64,000 nucleotides of DNA from NCBI GenBank assembly GCA_944392815.1, contig CALXXY010000001.1:192001-256000 (forward strand), written 5' to 3'. Every line of letters starts with the position of its first letter. The first letter of the stretch is position 1. The position numbers were made by a program, and so were the translations under genes. Origin of the DNA: an uncultured Alphaproteobacteria bacterium (GTDB lineage: Bacteria; Pseudomonadota; Alphaproteobacteria; Rs-D84). The notes beneath the pieces are model-generated. The model saw only the letters and a list, made by a program, of their open reading frames with translations, had not been told where the DNA came from and did no database searches. Positions 38,655-46,195 of this stretch are shown here, piece after piece.

Positions 38655-40910
38655 TTATTGACCACCGGATTCGGTACCTGTATCGTCGGCGCCTGAACTG
38701 GTTGTGCAGTTATCGCCACCCATAATCTCGCAAATCCATTCGTTTGCACTTTGGACATCAGAAGTTGGGTCGCCTGTCACACCGTTCACACTTTGACATG
38801 TTGTAATCATGGACAGACATGCACGTACAGCGATTTTATTACCCGTGTTGTTGGCACCTTCGTCTGGATCATAGTTGTTTTGCGCCAAACATGATGCGAT
38901 GTCGGTTATACATTCTTCGGCATAATCGGACAAGATTGTATCCTGGGCGGATTTAATCTGGACCAATGTGCGATTCAGGTATTCTTTGACAACCGGATTA
39001 TCAAACTTGTACGACGTATTTTGACCCGTTCCTTCGTATGTTAAATCCTGGCACTGGTTCAAAACGGATATGCACATACCGTAATTTTTGCCATCAGAAT
39101 CATCGTGATATCCGATTTTGTTTTGCAGGAATTCCGCTATATTAGTTGACGCAGTGGTTTCCGTAGTGCTGGGTTTGTTGGTCCACAATTCGGAATCAAT
39201 AAAATTACCCAATGTACCGCCCGCACCCCAGGCATTTAATGAATCGCTGTAATCCCACATGCTGTATATGCTGTCACTCGTATCCGTTGGAATTTGTCCC
39301 GGTTCGCCAGGTTTGCTGCCGACAACAATTTCGCCATTGACGATGTATTTACCGCTGGGGTCCAGACAGTTTTCATAATCATCGCCGCATACGAAATCGT
39401 CCTGCATACATGTATCCAGTGCATTCACGCACCCACGCAGGTCATATTGATTCTTTTGCTGGGCAACCATTAAACGTGCACGTTGCAGAACACTTTTCGC
39501 GTTACGCACAGTTGCCGACATTTGTTCATTCGAATCCGTCAGCGCACGTTCGTATTGGATACAGGCCTTGTCAATTTCCAGGTCGTATGAATTGGTGATA
39601 ATGGTTGTATCAACACCCTGGGCCGCGCAACTGTTCAGAACAGCGGCCTTGCACCGGGCGGCGGCGGTTTCATACAACTGTTCGCCACGCTGGTTGCTGA
39701 TACTGTCGTTATTACCACTCATAGATCCCAACAGTGACGACAAATCAAATCCAGAACTGTCGATTGTGAAATCCAACAGGCCAGACAAATCAAAACTTAA
39801 TCCACTGGACGATGATGTTGACGGCGACCCAGATTTGACGTCGACAATCATATTTTTAATTTTGTCCAAATCGTTTTTCAATTGGCTGTTATCACTGGAC
39901 GATTGCATTTCCAGTTCGGCCTCGGTCTGGGTGAACAGGGTTTCAACCTGGTCCGCGGTCAGGCCAATGTATTGAATTTGCAATGCAACTTCCTGTAAAT
40001 CTTCGGTTGCTTGTTTTAATGCGGCCTCGGTCTCGGCATAATTATCCAGATTGGCACTGCAACTGCAACGACCCTGGTTATCGTCCAGAACATTACAGAA
40101 ATTATCCATACACGCAACATATTGCGATTTACAATAATCGGTTAATTGCGCCAATTCGTCAATAGATGTCGTGGATGTCGACACCGCTTCGGACGCGGCG
40201 ACCGATGATGTCGCGCCGGCCGTCGCAGAACCAACACGAATTGTCGGAACGCGCGTTGACACGTTTGCTGTATTTGCCACACCAACACGACCACTGATAT
40301 ACAATGGTGTGTTTACCGTATCCGTTTGAACAATAGACGCACGTGCAGTATTTGCATTTGTTTTCACACTGTCACGTGTTGTGACGCCCGGCGTTTTTGT
40401 TGCCGCGACATTGCCCGTGGAACGCACAGTCACCGACGGACGATTTGAAACTGTATTTGTTGCGGTTGCGCGCGCAGTTGACGCACGTGATTGCGATGTG
40501 CGCGACGCAGTTGTTGTTGCCGCACGGGACGTGGTCGCATTTGTTGTACGCGATGTCGCCGTTGGACGCGCAGATACCGTGCGCGCAGTTGTTGCGCCGG
40601 TCACATTACGCGTTGCCACATTACGGGCAGATGTTGTTGTATTGGAAACAATCGCACGTGATGCCGCAGAACGCCCACTGGTATTGCGCGGGCTGACCGC
40701 TGTGGGCACAGACGGGGTCACGGGTTTTGTGGCCGCAGGTTCATCAGTTTCCTGTTCGGATTCCTGGTCAATTTCGTCGGTGACGAATTCCGCACCCGGC
40801 ATTTCGTCCGCATACTGCGCCATCAATTCAGCGTAGTAATATTCGGGCGCAACCTCGGCAAATGCGGGCAAAACCAGCAAACTACTTAATACGGCAATCA
40901 ATCTTTTCAT
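38655..40910 (-). CDS. Hypothetical secreted Cys-rich protein with a Thr/Arg/Ser/Ala-rich linker
   Basis: Signal peptide; low-complexity region; CxxxYxxCMDxFC and other Cys clusters. Confidence 0.8.
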   Translation of the reverse strand: MKRLIAVLSSLLVLPAFAEVAPEYYYAELMAQYADEMPGAEFVTDEIDQESEQETDEPAATKPVTPSVPTAVSPRNTSGRSAASRAIVSNTTTSARNVATRNVTGATTARTVSARPTATSRTTNATTSRAATTTASRTSQSRASTARATATNTVSNRPSVTVRSTGNVAATKTPGVTTRDSVKTNANTARASIVQTDTVNTPLYISGRVGVANTANVSTRVPTIRVGSATAGATSSVAASEAVSTSTTSIDELAQLTDYCKSQYVACMDNFCNVLDDNQGRCSCSANLDNYAETEAALKQATEDLQEVALQIQYIGLTADQVETLFTQTEAELEMQSSSDNSQLKNDLDKIKNMIVDVKSGSPSTSSSSGLSFDLSGLLDFTIDSSGFDLSSLLGSMSGNNDSISNQRGEQLYETAAARCKAAVLNSCAAQGVDTTIITNSYDLEIDKACIQYERALTDSNEQMSATVRNAKSVLQRARLMVAQQKNQYDLRGCVNALDTCMQDDFVCGDDYENCLDPSGKYIVNGEIVVGSKPGEPGQIPTDTSDSIYSMWDYSDSLNAWGAGGTLGNFIDSELWTNKPSTTETTASTNIAEFLQNKIGYHDDSDGKNYGMCISVLNQCQDLTYEGTGQNTSYKFDNPVVKEYLNRTLVQIKSAQDTILSDYAEECITDIASCLAQNNYDPDEGANNTGNKIAVRACLSMITTCQSVNGVTGDPTSDVQSANEWICEIMGGDNCTTSSGADDTGTESGGQ

Positions 40911-41102
40911 GCGAAAACTTCCCTTCTATTACATATGATTTTATCATATTGTGCAATTTCGTGCAAATAAAAAAGTCATTTGTCAAACGCTATTTTTTCA
41001 ACAAATGCAATTATTCCCAATTTATTAAATTATTTAATGAATTTGACATTTGACCTGTTTATGGTTATATTGTTATCCTGGACAAATACCAAGGGTGCAA
41101 AA

Positions 41103-42692
41103 TTGGCATTTTTAAAAAAAGTTTCTTTGTTTATCTTTACCCTGCCGTTTATGGGGTGCACGACCATTCCCACAACGACAAATGATGAACGTTTGGCTGA
41201 TTACACCCCGAAAATTACTGCGGCTGATTTTAATTACGATCCCATGCAGACGCCAATTGCGCAATGTTATGCAACAGAATTGTCGCGCGACGATGAAATC
41301 AGCGGCGCAACGTTAATCGAAGATGGATTGTCGGCGTTTGTTATCCGGGCCGCATTTGCGCGCATGGCAACAAAAACTATCGATTTACAGACATACATTT
41401 ACAGCAACGATTTTTCGTCCAAGGTTTTAATCGGCGAATTAAAAAACGCCGCCGATCGTGGGGTAAAAATCCGCATTTTGCTGGACGATTATGGAACAAA
41501 ATCCGACATTGTTGATGTCATGCTGTTGAATCAGCACCCGAATATAGAGGTCAAGGTTTTCAATCCTGTTGCAAATCGGTCGCGGTTGTTATATTACCCG
41601 CAATTTTTGTTGGATTTTAATCGGCTGAATTCGCGCATGCACAATAAACTGTTTATTGTCGACAACGTCGCGTATATAACAGGTGGCCGCAACGTGGGCA
41701 GCAATTATTTTTATCCTGAAACAGCGTCGAATTTTTCTGATACTGACGTGTTGTTCATCGGTGATATGACCAAATACGCAACCGCCAGTTTTGATGAATA
41801 TTGGAATTACCATCTGTCGATTCCGGCGTCTGTATTTCCGAACGCAACATCAGAACGTGCAACACGCAAACTGGAACGCAAATTTGACGAAATAGAACGC
41901 AAAAGTGCCGATGCTATTCGTGAATACAACAAAATTATTTCACTGGCGCAACGCGAATATAAAGATAAAAAATTTGATTTCAGTTGGGGGCACGGAAAAT
42001 TCCTGGCCGATCCACCGTCCAAGGTTGAAATGTCCATGGACGAAAAGGAAAAATATCGTGGTGATATTATCCAGGAATTACAAAAATTGTGGACCCAGAC
42101 AAATGATTCTGTGTATATGTCTGCGGCGTATTTTGTTCCCGGCCAGGGCGGTTTGGAACACATGTTGAACGAGGAAAAATCCGGCGTTCACATGACCGTT
42201 GTGACGAATTCGTTGGCGTCAACAAATGCGCCAACCGTGTATGCAAAATGGGAAAAATACCGCAAACAATTAATTGAATCTGGGGCGGACGTGTATGAAT
42301 TTATGCTGTCGGCGGAAAATCTGCGCGGCCAGCAACACGACCGTGAACGCCACCAATCCAGTTTTTCCGTTATGCACAGCAAAACTATTGTGTTCGACGA
42401 CGATATTTCGTGGATAGGCAGTTTTAACCTGGATCCGCGCAGCGCATATTACAACACTGAAAACGTTGCTATTTTTGAAAGTCGTGATTTTGCGGATAAA
42501 CTGCGCGAAATGATTTTACGAGATACAAAAACATCGTGGCGCGTGACGTTGGACGCAGATGGCGATCCTGTTTGGACCGGCAGCCGCCCGGGCGATGCGC
42601 AACCACGCGTGTATCACCACAGTCCTGATACATCAATATTCCGCCGAATATGGAAATGTTTGACCAATTTGGTGCCTGAAAAATTTGTATAA
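41103..42692 (+). CDS. Phospholipase D family protein (ClsC-like), probable lipoprotein
   Basis: Two HKD motifs (RMHNKLFIVD, MHSKTIVFD); lipobox-like FMGC; likely TTG start at 41103. Confidence 0.88.
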   Translation: MAFLKKVSLFIFTLPFMGCTTIPTTTNDERLADYTPKITAADFNYDPMQTPIAQCYATELSRDDEISGATLIEDGLSAFVIRAAFARMATKTIDLQTYIYSNDFSSKVLIGELKNAADRGVKIRILLDDYGTKSDIVDVMLLNQHPNIEVKVFNPVANRSRLLYYPQFLLDFNRLNSRMHNKLFIVDNVAYITGGRNVGSNYFYPETASNFSDTDVLFIGDMTKYATASFDEYWNYHLSIPASVFPNATSERATRKLERKFDEIERKSADAIREYNKIISLAQREYKDKKFDFSWGHGKFLADPPSKVEMSMDEKEKYRGDIIQELQKLWTQTNDSVYMSAAYFVPGQGGLEHMLNEEKSGVHMTVVTNSLASTNAPTVYAKWEKYRKQLIESGADVYEFMLSAENLRGQQHDRERHQSSFSVMHSKTIVFDDDISWIGSFNLDPRSAYYNTENVAIFESRDFADKLREMILRDTKTSWRVTLDADGDPVWTGSRPGDAQPRVYHHSPDTSIFRRIWKCLTNLVPEKFV

Positions 42693-42722
42693 AAATACCG
42701 GTATTTACCGGTGTTTTTTTAT

Positions 42723-42884
42723 TCATACAAATCCACGATCGGTGCGTTTGGTGCGGCGCTGTTGTCGCGCCAATTCCGCCAAAACAATCGGGGTAATTCT
42801 GTCCAGCAATGTTCGCAATTGGCAATACGCATTTAATAATTCGTCAAAAATTTCTGATTTAGTTTTCTGTTTTTTCGCCACCAT
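42723..42884 (-). CDS. Small hypothetical protein (53 aa)
   Basis: MVAKKQKTKSEIFDELL..; GGGGGA RBS; lies directly behind a terminator-containing leader. Confidence 0.5.
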   Translation of the reverse strand: MVAKKQKTKSEIFDELLNAYCQLRTLLDRITPIVLAELARQQRRTKRTDRGFV

Positions 42885-42902
42885 ATTTCCCCCAGCCCAT
42901 AA

Positions 42903-43070
42903 CAAAAAACCACCAGAAAAATCGGGTGGTTGGAGGTTCGTAGCAATTACCAAGAATTGTGACTTTATTCAATATATTCAAGTCGCCTCCAACCATTAGT
43001 TGGAGAGATTTCGTCCCAATGGACGCTTGGCAAGGGCTACGAATCCCACAATGGCAATACACCATTGCAG
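42903..43070 (-). ncRNA. Putative structured leader/attenuator RNA
   Basis: Promoter TTGCAA-16-TATAAT (43102-43075); closing stem enclosing three hairpins; terminator 42904-42931; alternative 10-bp pairing 42927-42936/42986-42995. Confidence 0.5.
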
Positions 43071-43139
43071 TGTTATTATACCACACCAATCGCAGATTGC
43101 AAATAGGTAAAAAACACCGGCAAATGCCGGCGAGTGCTG

Positions 43140-43427
43140 TTATTTTTTCGCAACACGTTTTCTGAATTCATTACTGGGGCGGAACGAAACCACACGACGT
43201 GCAGTAATTATTGCCGGCGCACCAGTTTTTGGATTGCGTCCCATACGCTGGGGTTTGGTTAAAATCTTGAAACTGCCAAAGCCGGCGAACTTAACCTCTT
43301 CGCCGTGAATCAAAGATTCGCGAATTTCATCGAATACTATGTCAACCAATTTAAACGCGTCAGCAGTAGTAAATCCGTACTGTTCACGCAAACGATTTGC
43401 AAAATCACTTCTGGTTATTGTTGCCAT
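43140..43427 (-). CDS. ihfA: Integration host factor alpha / HU family protein
   Basis: TITRSDF, GEEVKFAGFGSF, RMGRNPKTG, RRVVSFRPS; follows fabH. Confidence 0.85.
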   Translation of the reverse strand: MATITRSDFANRLREQYGFTTADAFKLVDIVFDEIRESLIHGEEVKFAGFGSFKILTKPQRMGRNPKTGAPAIITARRVVSFRPSNEFRKRVAKK

Positions 43428-43430
43428 TTT

Positions 43431-44369
43431 TTATACCCTGATTAATGCCGCACCCCATGTCAGGCCACTGCCAAACGCGGGATACAGAACAAGTTGACCG
43501 TGTTTTATTATATTATTATCAAATGCGTACGCCAATGCAAGTACACCCGATGCACCACTGGTGTTGGCGTGTTTGTCCACCGTCACCAATATTTTTTCCA
43601 ACGGAAATCCCAGACGCTGGGCGCCACTTTGGATAATACGAATGTTTGCCTGATGCGGTACAATCCAATCCACATTGTCCGCAGTAATGCCGGCGTGTTC
43701 CATAATATAACTGGCGGCATCAGGCATTAATGTGACGGCCTTTTTATACGTTTCCGGGCCGTTCATCATTATGCGATGGTCGGGCGTGCCATACAGCATG
43801 TCCATTTCGCGGCCGTCTGACATAACGACTGTATCAATTATGCCAGAATAACTGGACGTGGAATGTTCAAATATTAATGCGCCAGCGCCGTCGCCAAACA
43901 GCACCGCTGTGCTGCGGTCATTCCAATCGATAAAGCGTGACATTTTTTCCGCACCGATAACCATTATACGTTTGTGCATACCGGCTGAAAAAAACGCACG
44001 TGCGCAATGCAACGCATAAATGTATCCTGTGCACGCGCCACGTACATCAAATGCAGGCGCATTATTCGTTGCATTTAAACGACCCAAAACCTGGACCCCG
44101 ACAGACGGAAAATCCAATTCAGCCGATGTCGTGGCAACAATTACCATATCTATGTCATTAATGGTGATTTTCGCATTGTCCAACGCGCGTCTGGCCGCAT
44201 GCACAGCCATATCGACAACCGTTTCATCGTCGCGCGCAAAATGACGTTCACGCATACCAGTGCGCTGGACAATCCATTCATCGGACGTATCAACCATTTT
44301 TTCCAAATCGAAATTGGTGACAACGCGTTCCGGCAGGTACGATCCATATCCTATTAATCTGCTTCCCAT
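43431..44369 (-). CDS. fabH: 3-oxoacyl-ACP synthase III
   Basis: DTSDEWIVQRTG, ACTG, LFGDGAGA, PHQANIRI, NTS. Confidence 0.95.
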   Translation of the reverse strand: MGSRLIGYGSYLPERVVTNFDLEKMVDTSDEWIVQRTGMRERHFARDDETVVDMAVHAARRALDNAKITINDIDMVIVATTSAELDFPSVGVQVLGRLNATNNAPAFDVRGACTGYIYALHCARAFFSAGMHKRIMVIGAEKMSRFIDWNDRSTAVLFGDGAGALIFEHSTSSYSGIIDTVVMSDGREMDMLYGTPDHRIMMNGPETYKKAVTLMPDAASYIMEHAGITADNVDWIVPHQANIRIIQSGAQRLGFPLEKILVTVDKHANTSGASGVLALAYAFDNNIIKHGQLVLYPAFGSGLTWGAALIRV

Positions 44370-44465
44370 ACTACCTTTCCCTTTTGTAATTCATAATCCG
44401 GGGTATTATACAGGTCGTGAATACAACTTGCAATATTAAAATCTGTGAATAAAATATAGTGCGTT

Positions 44466-44541
44466 GTCCCCATAGTTCAACTGGATAGAACGAGGGTTTC
44501 CTAAACCCTTGATACAGGTTCGATTCCTGTTGGGGATACCA
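44466..44541 (+). tRNA. tRNA-Arg(CCT)
   Basis: GTCCCCA/TGGGGAT acceptor stem; AGGGT-TT-CCT-AA-ACCCT; GGTTCGATTCC; CCA. Confidence 0.95.
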
Positions 44542-44562
44542 TAATTAAACGGAAATAACAAA

Positions 44563-44895
44563 ATGAAAAACAAAGCCATTAAAATCGGAATTATCGCGAG
44601 CATTTTGCCACACTTGTTTTGCTGTGTGTTGCCAATTGTGCTGTCGATTATCAGTTTGTTTGCGCCTGAATTCGCGCATGCGGAATTTATTCCGCATTGG
44701 TTTGAACCGTGGCTGTTTGTGTTTTCTGGGTTAATGTTGGCATTGTCGTGGTTTTTGGTTGTGCGCGATTGCCATTGCGATTGCGACCATTGTCACGGCA
44801 ATCACAGTCATCGCACGCAAAAAATTATTCTGGGGGTTATTACCGCCATATTTATAATCAGCATTGTGCTGCATTTAATGGCGCACCACGGATAA
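44563..44895 (+). CDS. MerC/MerT-like small metal-binding membrane protein
   Basis: HLFCCVLP, three TM helices, CHCDCDHCH..HSH loop. Confidence 0.6.
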   Translation: MKNKAIKIGIIASILPHLFCCVLPIVLSIISLFAPEFAHAEFIPHWFEPWLFVFSGLMLALSWFLVVRDCHCDCDHCHGNHSHRTQKIILGVITAIFIISIVLHLMAHHG

Positions 44896-44925
44896 AAAAA
44901 CACCGGCAAATGCCGGTATTTTTTA

Positions 44926-45375
44926 TTATTCTGAAATGACCAAATTCGGGCGAACCGAACGCAGGTTGTTCAGGGATTTTTCCTGGGCTGCGCGGAATGC
45001 AGATGGATTCCAAATTTGAAAACTGTTGCCACGACCAACAAAAATGGCGGTGTCTGTTATGCCGGCATGTTTTAATAAATCGGCCGGGATAACTATGCGT
45101 CCAGTCACATCAAACGCCAACGGGCGCGCGTCTGCGAACAGCATGGCGGACAAATCGTCCAAATCACTGTCGAATACGCCCATTTTATCAGTGGCCGACG
45201 CCATTTGTTCCATGCGCGACATGGATAATCCCTCGATACAATTATGGGTGAATGAACGATATAAAACAACGCCGGGAAATTTTTCATTTGCAACCGAAGC
45301 CCGAAAAGAGGCCGGTACAGATATGCGCCCCTTGGTATCCAAACGATTTTCATAAGATGAGAGAAACAATGACAT
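44926..45375 (-). CDS. mraZ: Transcriptional regulator MraZ
   Basis: FLSSYENRLDTKGRISVPASFR, DVTGRIVIP, FVGRGNSFQIWNP; likely start 45375. Confidence 0.92.
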   Translation of the reverse strand: MSLFLSSYENRLDTKGRISVPASFRASVANEKFPGVVLYRSFTHNCIEGLSMSRMEQMASATDKMGVFDSDLDDLSAMLFADARPLAFDVTGRIVIPADLLKHAGITDTAIFVGRGNSFQIWNPSAFRAAQEKSLNNLRSVRPNLVISE

Positions 45376-45756
45376 TTTCGGTCCTTGTTTTGGGCTGCTG
45401 CCCGTGTCCCCTTTCCTTGGCTTCGTTTTGAAATCTAGCACGCCGTTTTATGGTTGTCAATGACATTTTATAATTATTTTATGGGATTTTATGGTTTTAT
45501 AAATAAAATCAAAAAAATTTAAAATAAAATGAAAATATTTTATTTTGTGCTTGACCTGCGATTCGTTTTTGTTCTAAGATGTTTGTATAGACAAGGAGAA
45601 AAGATTTAAAAGCCCCGGAATTCTGCTAAAAACACGGATTTCAGGCAAAAATAAAAGTTTAACCGAAAATTCAAATCTGATTTTTGTAAATACACGTTGT
45701 ACATACAAAAATTGATTGTTTTTTCATTAACCACACCCGAAAGGAGGGACCGCACA

Positions 45757-46092
45757 ATGCCAAAATCAATCAAAGAAATCATGATCGCCCTGAATCAAGT
45801 TTTAACAACAACAGTTTGGGTGAACGAAGACAGACAAATCATTTCGTTGGCCGACGAATTGCAAATCGGTCACAATAATGCACCACGTTCTATCGAAGAT
45901 TTGCCACGCGCATCTTTGGTTGGTGCGTATGTATCATTACAGATTCGTACAGATAATTTCGACATTGCGGCAGAATCGTTGGAAACAAAAACACTGGCAT
46001 TGCGCGTCAAAGAAATGGTTTTTGCCGAAGCCAAAAAAATCATGGACGTGGCCGATGGCGCAGATACTGCCCGTACACGTCGCGCCGCATAA
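45757..46092 (+). CDS. Hypothetical protein (111 aa)
   Basis: ATG at 45757 with AAGGAGG RBS; followed by hairpins and a terminator. Confidence 0.7.
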   Translation: MPKSIKEIMIALNQVLTTTVWVNEDRQIISLADELQIGHNNAPRSIEDLPRASLVGAYVSLQIRTDNFDIAAESLETKTLALRVKEMVFAEAKKIMDVADGADTARTRRAA

Positions 46093-46195
46093 TTTTCGCA
46101 CATAATATTGTGCGGTTATGGGCGACATAACAGTTTCTGGGTAACCAGAAGGAAGGGAGGAATCACCGGCAAGCAATTGCCGGTGGTTTTTTATC

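Noticed and set aside
42903-43070. 6S RNA, SRP RNA or RNase P assignment
   Set aside because: The fold is multibranched rather than a rod, and I could not find the SRP or RNase P consensus motifs. Not formally excluded without cmscan.
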